Assembly (NCBI GenBank): GCA_039588335.1
Contig: JBDGZZ010000004.1
Span: 1-61,449, forward strand
Direction of reading: 5' to 3'
DNA length: 61,449 nt
Source of the DNA: Gemmatimonadota bacterium
GTDB taxonomy: Bacteria; Gemmatimonadota; Gemmatimonadetes; Gemmatimonadales; GWC2-71-9
The first letter of the stretch is position 1; every line of letters begins with the position of its first letter. The notes below the pieces were generated by a model, which worked only from the letters and a program-made list of their open reading frames with translations, was not told where the DNA came from and searched no databases. Of the stretch, positions 9,928 to 20,249 are shown piece by piece. The position numbers and the translations under genes are program-made.

Positions 9928-11667
9928 GTGGAGAACATTGAGATAGCCCGCGCCTTGGAGGAGGTTGCCGATCTTCTAGAGATCAAGGGCGCCAATCCTT
10001 TCAGGATCAGAGCGTATCGTAACGCGGCTCAGGTCATTGAGGGACACGGCACTCCACTTCGGAAGTTGGTGGCTGAAGGTGCGGATCTCACCGAGATCCC
10101 ATCCATTGGCAAGGACATGGCTCGATATGTCGGTGAGCTGGTCACCGATGGGGAGTTGAGTCTCCTAGGAGAGTTGTCGCAGGAGATCCCGCTGTCTTTG
10201 GTCGAATTGACTAGGTTGCCAGGCTTGGGAGCCAAACGCACCAAGAAGCTATGGGAGGCACTGGATGTAACAACACTGGACGAGCTGGAAGCCGCCGCCT
10301 CCGCTGGCCACATAGAAGGATTGCCGGGCTTTGGCAAGAAGACGCAGGACAAGATCCTCTCATCCATCGAGCGCCACCGGCGCCGTCAAGGCAGGACCAA
10401 ATTGGGTGACGCAGACCAGCGTGTTGAGTCCCTGCTCGAGCACCTGAGGTCAGATCCCCACGTGACTCGACTAGACGTGGCGGGTAGCTATCGGCGGCGC
10501 AAGGAGACGGTGGGGGACATAGACCTGTTGGTGGTAGCGACGGATCCTGAGCCGGTGATGCAGCTATTCACTGCCTTTCCCGACGTGAAGAAGGTGCTGA
10601 GCACCGGTCCCACACGAAGTTCCGTGGTGCTGCGATCCGGGCTACAGATCGACCTGAGAGTAGTACTGGCGGAGAGCTACGGGGCGGCTCTCGTGTACTT
10701 CACCGGATCAAAAGAGCACAACGTCAAATTGCGCCAACGCGCGCTGAAGAAGGGCCTGAGGGTCTCAGAGTACGGAGTCTTTCGCGGAGGTGGTGAGTCG
10801 GGGGGCGATCCTTGGGCGGGGGAATTCGTAGCGGGGGCAAACGAGGCAGAGGTTTACGCAGCTGTCGATCTGCCCTGGATTCCCCCCGAGTTGCGGGAGA
10901 ACCGTGGTGAGTTGGATGCTGCAGATCGACGGGCCTTGCCGAAGTTGATTACGCTGGAAGCTATGCGCGGAGATCTGCAGATGCACTCCACTTGGTCTGA
11001 TGGAAAGGAGAGCATCGAGGCGATGCTGGAGGCCTGTGCCGCACGAGGTTATGAGTATTTCGCCATTACTGATCACAGCAAGGCCCTGGCTATGACCGGA
11101 GGCATGGACGCAGCGAAGCTCAGGCAACAGTGGGAAGAGATTAGCGAGGTTGCGTCAAGGCACAATGAAATCCGGATCTTGCGAGGGATGGAAGTGGATA
11201 TTCTCGCCGATGGATCACTCGATCTCGAAGATGAAATGCTCTCCGAGCTGGATATCGTGCTCATATCAGTTCATTCTCGTTTCGACCTTCCACCAACGGA
11301 GCAGACGGATCGCATCCTCAACGCTTTGCAGCATCCTGAAGTGAACATCCTGGCTCACCCAACGGGGCGGCAGCTCAATCGGCGAGACCCGATGACTTTT
11401 GATCTCGATGCTGTGCTAGCGTGTGCCGCAGACAGACAAGTCGCGGTAGAGCTGAACGCCCACCCGGACCGGCTGGATCTCAGCGACGTCCAACTGATGC
11501 GAGCTCACGAGTTGGGATGCAGCATCGTGATAAGCACAGACGCTCACCGAATTTCCGACCTAGACCTCATGGCCTATGGCGTAGAACAGGCCCGTCGAGC
11601 GTGGCTCGAGCCGGGAGCTGTGTTGAATACGCTGCCGCTCGATGATCTGATGGCGCAGTTGGGTTGA
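9928..11667 (+). CDS. polX: Family X DNA polymerase with C-terminal PHP domain
   Basis: N-terminal Pol-beta-like HhH (FRIRAYRNAA), nucleotidyltransferase GSYRRRKETVGDIDLLV, and PHP motifs (LQMHSTWSDG, ITDHS, STDAH). The GTG start directly abuts the ligA stop. Confidence 0.9.
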   Translation: MENIEIARALEEVADLLEIKGANPFRIRAYRNAAQVIEGHGTPLRKLVAEGADLTEIPSIGKDMARYVGELVTDGELSLLGELSQEIPLSLVELTRLPGLGAKRTKKLWEALDVTTLDELEAAASAGHIEGLPGFGKKTQDKILSSIERHRRRQGRTKLGDADQRVESLLEHLRSDPHVTRLDVAGSYRRRKETVGDIDLLVVATDPEPVMQLFTAFPDVKKVLSTGPTRSSVVLRSGLQIDLRVVLAESYGAALVYFTGSKEHNVKLRQRALKKGLRVSEYGVFRGGGESGGDPWAGEFVAGANEAEVYAAVDLPWIPPELRENRGELDAADRRALPKLITLEAMRGDLQMHSTWSDGKESIEAMLEACAARGYEYFAITDHSKALAMTGGMDAAKLRQQWEEISEVASRHNEIRILRGMEVDILADGSLDLEDEMLSELDIVLISVHSRFDLPPTEQTDRILNALQHPEVNILAHPTGRQLNRRDPMTFDLDAVLACAADRQVAVELNAHPDRLDLSDVQLMRAHELGCSIVISTDAHRISDLDLMAYGVEQARRAWLEPGAVLNTLPLDDLMAQLG

Positions 11668-11863
11668 TGGTACGGCAGCTTCTTGGGTTCCACGCTGGCA
11701 CCGAATCGAAGATTTGAGCGGCAATAACAGATGGCGGGCTGGGGGACCCCGCAGGTGAGCGTCCGCCGCCGTTGCGACGTCTGAGCGCTCCAAGTACTTT
11801 CCGTGGGCCTCAGGACCTGCCTGCCCCTATGCAACATGTGTCTAACATGACCACGAGGTTACG

Positions 11864-12613
11864 GTGAAGATCGCAGTCTGCATCAAGCGAGTTCCCGACT
11901 CGGAGACTCGAATCAAGATCGGCGCCGATGGCAAATCGATAGACGAGTCTGGCGTCAAGTTCGTGCTGAATCCGTTTGACGAATACGCGGTAGAGGAAGC
12001 ACTCAAGCTGAAGGAACAAGCAGGTGGGGAAGTCGTTGCTGTCTGTTTGGGTACGGATGCTTCCCAGGAGACGATTAGAACTGCGCTAGCAATGGGGGCT
12101 GATCGTGGCGTGTTGCTAAAGAGCGACAGCATATCGGTCGATCCACTGGTGACATCCCGTGCACTGGCTGCTGAGCTGGAGCAGGGGTCGTACGATCTTG
12201 TTCTCTTCGGCAAGCTAGCGATTGACGACTACGGTCAAGCGGTTGGCACCATGGTGGCCGAATTGCTGGGACTCCCGTCGGTTAGTGCTGTTACCAGACT
12301 CGAGATAACCGACAAGAGTGCAACAGCCGAACGTGAGATCGAGGGGGCTGTTGAAGTAGTTGAGTTTACGCTGCCGGCAGTGATTACGGCAGAGAAAGGG
12401 TTGAACGAGCCCCGCTACCCGGCGTTGCGCGGGATCATGCTGGCAAAGAAGAAGCCCCTGGACATCAAGGATGTGGAGATGGGAGAGAGTGGCGTTGACG
12501 TTCTAGGGCTGTCGCTACCCGCCGAAAGGAAAGCGGGACGAATAGTGGGTGAGGGGCCGGACGCAGTGCCCGCTCTTGTCGACGCCCTCCAGAACGAAGC
12601 GAAGGTGCTCTGA
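11864..12613 (+). CDS. etfB: Electron transfer flavoprotein beta subunit
   Basis: MKIAVCIKRVPD start, typical length and motifs. The stop overlaps the etfA ATG by 1 nt. Confidence 0.9.
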   Translation: MKIAVCIKRVPDSETRIKIGADGKSIDESGVKFVLNPFDEYAVEEALKLKEQAGGEVVAVCLGTDASQETIRTALAMGADRGVLLKSDSISVDPLVTSRALAAELEQGSYDLVLFGKLAIDDYGQAVGTMVAELLGLPSVSAVTRLEITDKSATAEREIEGAVEVVEFTLPAVITAEKGLNEPRYPALRGIMLAKKKPLDIKDVEMGESGVDVLGLSLPAERKAGRIVGEGPDAVPALVDALQNEAKVL

Positions 12614-13584
12614 TGCCTGGTATACTGGCAGTTCTCGAGCAACGAAACGGTACGATCAAGCGGGTGTCCCACGAAGTGCTTGCCGCGGCGAGGTCGCTGG
12701 CTGACGATCTTGGAGGTGAAGTGCACGGCCTCCTGATTGGACCGCAAGGCCTGACTAACGCGGGACTGGGCGAGTCCGGGGCGGACAAAGTGCTCGCGTG
12801 CTTTTCTGCCGATCTCGAGTTGTACCAGGCTGACCGATATGCGCTAATAACGGCGGAACAGGCAACAGCTGGGGGATACTCGGCAGTCGTGTTGGGAGCG
12901 ACGGCCTTTGGGAAGGATCTTGGCCCTCGGATTGCCGCAAGGCTGGGCTGTCCTCTGGCCAGCGACGTTACTAGCATAACCGGCGGCGAAGGGATAGTTG
13001 TCACACGTCCCGTATATTCGGGTAAGGCAACCTACAAGTTGAAGATCACAACGGAGCCCAGCGTGATCTCGATTCGACCCAACGCGTTTGCTCCAGTTGC
13101 GGCATCTCGTTCGGGAAGCATGGAAGAAATCTCGGCTGGCGACAGCGCCAAGACTTCATCTGCGCGGACCGTGAAGGTGAAGGAGCCGGAACATGCCGCG
13201 CTCGACGTGGCCGAGGCTTCAGCTGTGGTGAGTGGTGGACGTGGCATGAAAGAACCGGAACACTTCCGTCTCATCGAGGATCTTGCTGGGGCTCTGGGGG
13301 CAGCTGTAGGTGCGTCGCGCGCCGTGGTGGACGCAGGCTGGCGACCGCACTCTGAACAAGTCGGGCAGACCGGAAAGACGGTGAGCCCGAACCTGTATGT
13401 GGCGGTGGGCATCTCCGGTGCGATCCAGCACTTGGCCGGCATGAGAACGGCCAAGGTAGTTGTGGCGATCAACAAGGATCCCGATGCCCCGATCTTCAAG
13501 GTCGCTGACTATGGTATTGTGGGCGACCTATTCGAGATCGTACCGAAACTCACCGATGAGATCAGGAAGGTCCGCGAGGGCTAG
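12613..13584 (+). CDS. etfA: Electron transfer flavoprotein alpha subunit
   Basis: FAD-binding C-terminal motif VVSGGRG...GASRA.VDAGW...QVGQTGK.V.P.LY.AVGISGAIQH. Confidence 0.9.
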   Translation: MPGILAVLEQRNGTIKRVSHEVLAAARSLADDLGGEVHGLLIGPQGLTNAGLGESGADKVLACFSADLELYQADRYALITAEQATAGGYSAVVLGATAFGKDLGPRIAARLGCPLASDVTSITGGEGIVVTRPVYSGKATYKLKITTEPSVISIRPNAFAPVAASRSGSMEEISAGDSAKTSSARTVKVKEPEHAALDVAEASAVVSGGRGMKEPEHFRLIEDLAGALGAAVGASRAVVDAGWRPHSEQVGQTGKTVSPNLYVAVGISGAIQHLAGMRTAKVVVAINKDPDAPIFKVADYGIVGDLFEIVPKLTDEIRKVREG

Positions 13585-13585
13585 T

Positions 13586-15250
13586 GTGAAGGAGCAGAGA
13601 AAGCTAGTTCCCGTCGACTATCAGGCCGCCCTTCCCAGAGATCAGTTGATTCTCGATGGCCCGGTCGATGATGAGCGTATAGAGATGGATGTGCTATTTG
13701 TCGGTGGAGGGCCTGCCGGCCTTGCAGGTGCAATCGAGCTTGCGCGCCTTGTGCGAGAAGACAATGAAAGGGAAGACGGCATCGGTGAGGTGAGTATCGG
13801 CGTGCTCGAGAAGTCCGGTGCTCTTGGTGAGCATTCTCTGTCAGGGGCAGTAGTGAACCCGCGTCCTTTCCGCGAACTCTTCCCAAACCTGAGCGACGAA
13901 GACTTCCCGTTCCGCACACGAGTGGAGAAGGAAGCCATCTATCTTCTTTCACCCAAGGCTGCGAGGAGACTCCCGACTCCTCCGACGATGCGCAATCACG
14001 GAAACTACGTTGCCTCGATCTGCGAGATCGTGAAGTGGTTGGGTGAGCGAGCGGAGGAAGCAGGAGTCGACATCTTTGCTGGTTTTCCCGCAGGAGCTCT
14101 GCGAGTGGACGGCAACCGCGTCGTCGGCGTTCGAACAGTTGCATCTGGACTCGACCGGGAAGGAAACGCAGGATCCAGCTATATGCCTCCCACCGACGTG
14201 GTGGCAAAAGTCACTGCGCTGGCGGAGGGATCGCGCGGGCTGCTGTCTCAAGTGTATCAAGAATGGCAGGGTATAGGCTCTGAGAACCCACAGATATATG
14301 CGTTAGGAGTCAAGGAGCTTTGGGAAACCAAACAACCTTTGGACAGGATCATCCACACTATGGGCTGGCCGCTGCCACGCGATGCGTTCGGCGGCAGCTT
14401 CATGTACCCGATGGAGCCGAACCTTGTGTCCGTTGGACTGGTGGTTGGCCTGGACTACTGCGATGCAGGCTTGGATGTCCATGAGCTGTTCCAGCGCATG
14501 AAACTCCATCCCCTATTCAGACCGCACCTCGAAGGCGGTGAGATGGTCGAATGGGGGGCCAAGACGATCCCCGAAGGTGGCTATTATGCTCTGCCTGAGA
14601 GGCGTTACGGAGACGGGGTCGTGATGCTGGGTGACGCGGCTGGGTTCGTAGACGTTCCGTCTCTCAAGGGAGTCCACTATGCCATGCGATCCGGGACGCT
14701 CGCGGCATGGGCCATCTTTCAGGCGCTGAAGAAGGGCGATGTCTCTTCGAGCGAACTCTCCATCTATGATAAGCTCACGACCGATTCGTATCTGGTCCAT
14801 GACCTCTACAAGACACGCAACATGAGACTGGCCTTTAAGAAGGGGTTCTACTCTGGGGCTGCTAAGGCGGGTATAATGGCACTCACGGGAGGCCGTTTTC
14901 CGGGAAAGCGCATCGACATGGAGGCGGATGCGAACAGACCCCGGCGCACAGCCCGAATAGAGCAGTTCTCGGCCGATGGTGAACTGACGTTCAGCAAGGT
15001 TGACGCGGTCTTCAAGTCTGGAAATGCGACGCGCGATACTATTCCGAGTCACTTGATCGTGAGTGACAAAGTAGATGCGGCCATTGCGGACTTCTATTCT
15101 CGGATGTGCCCTGCTGCAGTGTACGAACAGGTCGATGGAGAGTTGCGGGTCAATGCTCCGAATTGCGTCGATTGCAAGGCCACCGACGTCCTAGGTCCCC
15201 GATGGACCCCGCGCGAAGGTGGATCTGGTCCATCTTACAAGAGAATGTGA
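13586..15250 (+). CDS. Electron transfer flavoprotein-ubiquinone oxidoreductase
   Basis: FAD dinucleotide motif VLFVGGGPAGLAGA and a C-terminal 4Fe-4S cysteine cluster (CPA..Y....C..C..C). In-frame GTG 13586 lies just after the etfA stop, so I prefer it to the track start at 13460 inside etfA. Confidence 0.85.
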   Translation: MKEQRKLVPVDYQAALPRDQLILDGPVDDERIEMDVLFVGGGPAGLAGAIELARLVREDNEREDGIGEVSIGVLEKSGALGEHSLSGAVVNPRPFRELFPNLSDEDFPFRTRVEKEAIYLLSPKAARRLPTPPTMRNHGNYVASICEIVKWLGERAEEAGVDIFAGFPAGALRVDGNRVVGVRTVASGLDREGNAGSSYMPPTDVVAKVTALAEGSRGLLSQVYQEWQGIGSENPQIYALGVKELWETKQPLDRIIHTMGWPLPRDAFGGSFMYPMEPNLVSVGLVVGLDYCDAGLDVHELFQRMKLHPLFRPHLEGGEMVEWGAKTIPEGGYYALPERRYGDGVVMLGDAAGFVDVPSLKGVHYAMRSGTLAAWAIFQALKKGDVSSSELSIYDKLTTDSYLVHDLYKTRNMRLAFKKGFYSGAAKAGIMALTGGRFPGKRIDMEADANRPRRTARIEQFSADGELTFSKVDAVFKSGNATRDTIPSHLIVSDKVDAAIADFYSRMCPAAVYEQVDGELRVNAPNCVDCKATDVLGPRWTPREGGSGPSYKRM

Positions 15251-15282
15251 AAGTAAGGGAACCGTCACCCTCTGCGCAGCAG

Positions 15283-16935
15283 CTACGTACGCTCTTCCAT
15301 CAGAATCCAGTCTAGGGGATCAATTTCTATCTCGTTGTCTGCGGAGACTGCCAGCGTTCCGTGGCCGCCCGTCATCTCTACCCGATGAATCCGATCCCCC
15401 ACCCGAACTTCGACCGGCATTGAGAAATCCAACTCTCCTGTTACGACCCAGTTCAGCTCTAACACGTCTCCGTTCCGGCTCGTGATCAGACGGGGCAGTG
15501 AAGGCTGTCTCACGTAAACTTCGAAGAACCAGTCCAGATCGGTGCCAGAGATGTCTTCTGCAATGGCGAGGAAGTCATCGGTGGTGGCGAAGCGCGCTTG
15601 GCGACCATCAGTAATGCTCTCCATGGCGGGATCGGGATAGGCCATGCGCCGAACTGCATCCATGAAGGCGTCGTCACCGATTAGGTACCGCAGAGTGTGA
15701 AGTATCCAGGCTCCCTTGAAGTAGATGTCGTCGCCGTAGATCTGTTTTGCTGTCTTGGGCTCGCGTGGTGCAACTGGTGCTCGGTTGCGGATCCTTCTCT
15801 TCATGCTAGCCAAGTAGGCTCGTGCGGCGGCGTCACCTTGTGTACGCTCTAGGTAGAGTGGCTGCATGTATGAGCCAAAGCCCTCGTGGAGCCACATTTG
15901 GCTCCAGTCTACGTTGGTAACCAAGTTGCCCCACCATTCGTGTGAAAGCTCGTGGTGGTGTAGCGCATCGAACCCCCAGTCAACTCCCCCAGTCATTGCA
16001 CCGTTGTCGAAGTCGGCGCCGTACGCAATGATTGTCTGGTGCTCCATTCCGAGGTGGGGTGTCTCGACGACTCCGTATTTGTCTGCCCGGAACGGATATG
16101 GCCCAGCCACGTCCTCGAAAAAGCGAAGATGGTCGAGTATCTCGGGCATGAGACGCTCGGCTTTTTCGACATTGCCAGGCAGCACCCAGAAAGAGACGGG
16201 GAAAGTGTCTCCGGTGACGCTGGTGTAGGTTTCCTCCACCGTACGGTACGGCCCGATGTTGAGCGCGATGTTGTAGTTGCTGATTGGAGTGGAGACGAAC
16301 CACTGGTAGGTATGGGTACCGTCGCCGTTGGCCACAACGTCTCGAAGGCGACCGTTGGATGCGACGACAAGTGGGAGCGGCACTGTGACGTTGAGTGCCA
16401 TGGAGTCTGGCTTGTCGGACGGATGGTCCTTGCTGGGCCACCAGACGTCTGGGCCTTCTTGCTGGCATGTCGTCGCGATCCAGTGGTCACCATCTGGTGT
16501 ACGGGCCCAGGTGAATCCGCCGTCCCAGGGCGGAGTTGGAGCGATCCGAGGTTGCCCCCCGTATGAGACCACGACTGCGATCTCCTCACCTACGGACGGC
16601 TCTGTGGCCAGCCGTATCCAGAGCTTTCCTCCCTGGCGCTCGTGCTCGAGCGCGGTCCCCGGTGCGGGTTGACTCACAGAGTTCACCTCAAGGCTCGGGT
16701 CGAGGTCCAGTACGAGCCATTTCATGGGAGATACGACCCGTGCCCACACGGTTAGGGAACCATGGATACTCCTCGCCTCCGGTTGTACCTGGAGTGTAAG
16801 GGCGTAGTGGGTAACATCATATGCTGCTTGTTCGACACTCAGAGACCCGCCCGAATCGTAATTGTAGGACTGGGCGGTCATTTGGTTGAACGCCGTTACG
16901 TACATCAGAGCCACAAAGAGAATTGAGCCTTTCAC
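15283..16935 (-). CDS. M1 family metallopeptidase (aminopeptidase N-like), secreted
   Basis: Signal peptide, then the HELSHEWWGN zinc motif with a downstream WLHEGF glutamate. Confidence 0.85.
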   Translation of the reverse strand: MKGSILFVALMYVTAFNQMTAQSYNYDSGGSLSVEQAAYDVTHYALTLQVQPEARSIHGSLTVWARVVSPMKWLVLDLDPSLEVNSVSQPAPGTALEHERQGGKLWIRLATEPSVGEEIAVVVSYGGQPRIAPTPPWDGGFTWARTPDGDHWIATTCQQEGPDVWWPSKDHPSDKPDSMALNVTVPLPLVVASNGRLRDVVANGDGTHTYQWFVSTPISNYNIALNIGPYRTVEETYTSVTGDTFPVSFWVLPGNVEKAERLMPEILDHLRFFEDVAGPYPFRADKYGVVETPHLGMEHQTIIAYGADFDNGAMTGGVDWGFDALHHHELSHEWWGNLVTNVDWSQMWLHEGFGSYMQPLYLERTQGDAAARAYLASMKRRIRNRAPVAPREPKTAKQIYGDDIYFKGAWILHTLRYLIGDDAFMDAVRRMAYPDPAMESITDGRQARFATTDDFLAIAEDISGTDLDWFFEVYVRQPSLPRLITSRNGDVLELNWVVTGELDFSMPVEVRVGDRIHRVEMTGGHGTLAVSADNEIEIDPLDWILMEERT

Positions 16936-17094
16936 ATTGCCTCACTGACTATCCAGAACGTTTCGGATACTCTGCAGTCTGACTGATTACGAACGCATAT
17001 GGTACGAGCCCCAAGTCTAGGCAGCATAACGCCGGCGAAGAGGCCTTTGCGATGCCGCCTCGGCACTGTTGGAGACGTCATCTGATGAAGCAAT

Positions 17095-17796
17095 CTACCG
17101 CGTCTCTGTGAGTGCCCATCGTGCCGCATACTTGGCGTGAAGCTCGGCAGAATCGAACAGCGAGACCGGACAATCCTCAGCTCGAAGTAGCATTGCTATC
17201 TCGGTGCAGCCAAGGATCACACCTTGTGCCCCTTTCCCCACCAGCGTCTCTACGATTCCGCTGAACGTTGCGCGTGACCGTTCCTGCACGATTCCGAGGC
17301 AGAGTTCTTCGTAGATGATCGAGTGGACGGTATCGCGGTCCTGTTCATCCGGGATCATGACCTCGAGCTTGTGGTTATCCTCCAACCATTCACGATAGAA
17401 TGTCTCTTCCATCGTGAACTTGGTGCCGAGCAGTCCGACCCTAAGCATGCCTGCTGACTTCACCCCCGATCCAGTTGCATCTGCTATGTGCAGAAGCGGG
17501 ATCCCGACGGACTTCTGGATTTGCGTTGCGACCTTGTGCATTGTGTTGGTGCATAGTACCAAACACTCGGCCCCTGCTGCCTCAACTGACTGAGCAGCTT
17601 CGGCCAAGATTCGTCCAGTTGCTTCCCACTCGCCGCGGTGTTGAAGCTGCTCGATAGGGTGAAAATCGACGCTGACGAGGACCAGCTCAGCAGAGTGGAG
17701 ACCACCTAGTGTTTCCTTCACAGCTTGGTTGATGATCCGATAGTAGGGAACTGTAGATTCCCAGCTCATTCCGCCCAATAGGCCTATTGTCCTCAT
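17095..17796 (-). CDS. Aspartate/glutamate racemase family protein
   Basis: IGLLGGMSWEST start and two catalytic Cys contexts (LVLCTNTMH, ILGCTEI). Confidence 0.8.
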   Translation of the reverse strand: MRTIGLLGGMSWESTVPYYRIINQAVKETLGGLHSAELVLVSVDFHPIEQLQHRGEWEATGRILAEAAQSVEAAGAECLVLCTNTMHKVATQIQKSVGIPLLHIADATGSGVKSAGMLRVGLLGTKFTMEETFYREWLEDNHKLEVMIPDEQDRDTVHSIIYEELCLGIVQERSRATFSGIVETLVGKGAQGVILGCTEIAMLLRAEDCPVSLFDSAELHAKYAARWALTETR

Positions 17797-17856
17797 CGCT
17801 GGAGCCCGAGCGAATCACGATCGCAGCGCGCTAGCGCTGGAGTGTTCCTGCGACAG

Positions 17857-19119
17857 TTAGAAAGGGACTTCTTCGACATGTCGTACCTCGTCCAAGAGCA
17901 TCGCTCTTAGAGTGGATCCCGCTGCTACCTCCCGTTGGCCTTCCGGGACTATCAGTAGTGCATTGGCCATGGCCATGGAGGTGAGAATGCCGGACCCTTG
18001 CGGTCCGGTCAATCTTGCGGTGAGGGCTCCATTCTGCTCGTGGACCACAGCTCTGAGAAAATGCGTCAACCGAGCAGGTAGGTTGATGATATCGGCCGTG
18101 CGGACGGTCACCGTTTGGCGGAAGCAAGCCAGGTGGCCAAGCATCGCCCGGATCGATGGACGTACGAAGAGTTCGAACGTGACCATTGTGCTGACGGGGT
18201 TGCCGGGGAGCCCTATCCAAGGCAATCCGTTCCACAAGCCAAAGGCGACGGGGGCACCCGGTCTCATCCGAATGCGCCAAAAACGTATCTCGGCCCCCAG
18301 CTCTTGGAGCACCGAACGCAGGTGATCGTGATCTCCCACGCTGACGGCGCCTGAAGTTATCAGCAGATCTGCTTCGGCCGCACCCGCAAGCCGGGCCTTG
18401 AGATCTCCGGGATCGTCGCGTGCGATGCCGAGCATCGTGGGATGTCCGCCGGCCTGCTTCACCAACGTCTCGAGGGTGTAGGTATTGGACGAAGCAACCT
18501 TGCGACCCTCGAGAATGGCAGCCCTCTCGTCCAAGTCAGCTATTTCATCGCCGGATGCCAGGATCGCGACTCGGGGTCGGCGGTGCACCAGAACCTGGTC
18601 TCTGGCCACTGAAGCGAGGATGCCGATTTGTGCCGGGGCGAGTTCTGTGCCTTTGTCTACTAGCACTGCATTCCGTACGATGTCCTCTCCGCGGCGCCGG
18701 ATGTTTCGTCCAGCGTCGCGATCTTCAGTTATCCGGACGCGGTCGTCGTCGAGTGGTATTGTGTCTTCTTGGCGAACAACTCCATCGCTACCCTTGGGAA
18801 GAGGGGCGCCGGTGAAGATACGAGCGCATTGGCCACTGGAGACCTGCTTGGATGGGAAGGTCCCTGCTGGTATGTGCTCGATGACTTGGAGTTCGGTCGG
18901 GCACCTTCCTCGGACATCGTTGCTCTGTACGGCGTAACCATCCATCGCCGAGTTGTCCCAGTATGGCAGATCGATTGGACTCGCGACTGTTTCGGCAGCG
19001 ACCAGTCCGAGGGCATCTGTTATTCGCACGTGCTCGGTGGGAAGCACGTGGATGGTTTGGAGGATCGACCGTGCAGCTTCGGTTGGAGTCACCTTCAGCC
19101 TTGGTTCTGGCCGCTCCAT
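17857..19119 (-). CDS. moeA: Molybdopterin molybdotransferase
   Basis: MoeA N-terminal, MPT-binding (ILASGDE...SSN) and C-terminal domains. Overlaps mobA by 25 nt. Confidence 0.85.
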   Translation of the reverse strand: MERPEPRLKVTPTEAARSILQTIHVLPTEHVRITDALGLVAAETVASPIDLPYWDNSAMDGYAVQSNDVRGRCPTELQVIEHIPAGTFPSKQVSSGQCARIFTGAPLPKGSDGVVRQEDTIPLDDDRVRITEDRDAGRNIRRRGEDIVRNAVLVDKGTELAPAQIGILASVARDQVLVHRRPRVAILASGDEIADLDERAAILEGRKVASSNTYTLETLVKQAGGHPTMLGIARDDPGDLKARLAGAAEADLLITSGAVSVGDHDHLRSVLQELGAEIRFWRIRMRPGAPVAFGLWNGLPWIGLPGNPVSTMVTFELFVRPSIRAMLGHLACFRQTVTVRTADIINLPARLTHFLRAVVHEQNGALTARLTGPQGSGILTSMAMANALLIVPEGQREVAAGSTLRAMLLDEVRHVEEVPF

Positions 19120-19703
19120 ATTTCCTGTGCGCGCTCGAGATCGTCCGGAGTGTTCACATTGAAGAACAGAACCTCGGGTTTGCCGTAGCGTTTTACGTCT
19201 TCGGAAGGGAGAGTTCCGAAACTGACCGCCTCCAGGAATCCTTGAGCTCTGAAATCCTCATCGACCAGGCATCTCCTGATGGGAGCGAGGCACGTGGGGT
19301 AGTAAACAGCACACAACGGTTCGAGATCTCCTGCCGAACTCGGACTAGCGGGAAGGAACGCGTCAAACCCTTCAGCTCGCTTGATCATGTCCTGCAGCAA
19401 CTCCACCGGCACAAACGGCATATCCCAGGCTACGACCAGGACAGGGCCCTCACCGGATGAGAGTGCCGTATAGATTCCTCCCAGGCTCCCACAGTTTCGC
19501 AAGGCGTCCCGCCTCACCTCGAGATCCGGCCGCCACTCGGTGGCTTCAGGTGCGTTCGCGACCAGGAGAGGTGTCTCGCCGGTGGCCAACTGCACTACCT
19601 GTGTCACACGATCGACAATCCTCTCACCACCGACACGCTCGAGGCCCTTGTGTTTGCCGCCAAAACGGCTAGCAGTACCGCCAGCCAGTACAGCACCTCG
19701 CAC
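19095..19703 (-). CDS. mobA: Molybdenum cofactor guanylyltransferase
   Basis: N-terminal AVLAGGTASRFGG nucleotide-binding motif. About 200 aa, adjacent to moeA. Confidence 0.8.
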   Translation of the reverse strand: MRGAVLAGGTASRFGGKHKGLERVGGERIVDRVTQVVQLATGETPLLVANAPEATEWRPDLEVRRDALRNCGSLGGIYTALSSGEGPVLVVAWDMPFVPVELLQDMIKRAEGFDAFLPASPSSAGDLEPLCAVYYPTCLAPIRRCLVDEDFRAQGFLEAVSFGTLPSEDVKRYGKPEVLFFNVNTPDDLERAQEIWSGQNQG

Positions 19704-19756
19704 ATCTACCTCCCGCTAGCGTCCCAGATAGTGTCGGTAATTCGTCTCATCCGCCA

Positions 19757-20215
19757 CTACTCACCGCGGTACTCAGCATAAAGAGAAGGATCTTCCTGCA
19801 CTCGGACGCACTCCAAACTGATGTCACCGGGGAGCCGTTGGGCGACTCGCTCCCAGATGAATACCGACAGTGCTTCTACAGTCGGAATCTGCTTGCCGAA
19901 CTCGAACTCCTCAACATCATAATTGATGTGGCGGTGATCGAACCGCTGACTGATTTCTTCACGAAGGATGCGGTCCAGCTCGGCGAGACTGACTATCATC
20001 GAAGTCTCGCTGTCGATCTTCCCAAAGACGGTTACCCGGCACTCGTAGTTGTGCCCGTGTCCATGCTGGCTACCGCAAGCGCCGAACACGGCGGTGTTGC
20101 GTTCCTCGGACCAGTCGGGTCGGAAGTATCTATGGGCGGCGGCGAAGGTCACCAGCCGTGTCAAGCGCACTGAAGTCACGTTTCCCAATCTATGCTTTGG
20201 CTGCGGGACACACAC
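19757..20215 (-). CDS. queD: 6-carboxytetrahydropterin synthase / 6-pyruvoyl-tetrahydropterin synthase family
   Basis: FAAAHRY, CGSQHGHGHNYE and HINYD motifs. The true start is probably one of the in-frame GTG/TTG codons a few codons downstream of 20215. Confidence 0.75.
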   Translation of the reverse strand: MCVPQPKHRLGNVTSVRLTRLVTFAAAHRYFRPDWSEERNTAVFGACGSQHGHGHNYECRVTVFGKIDSETSMIVSLAELDRILREEISQRFDHRHINYDVEEFEFGKQIPTVEALSVFIWERVAQRLPGDISLECVRVQEDPSLYAEYRGE

Positions 20216-20249
20216 TGCCGGTAATTCACGGGCATCGCTAGCTTGCTCC

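Noticed and set aside
13460-13585. Extended N-terminus of ETF-QO starting inside etfA.
   Set aside because: - The extra 42 residues are Arg/Ser-rich and overlap the conserved 3' end of etfA.
- In-frame GTG 13586 lies just after the etfA stop and precedes the conserved N-terminus.
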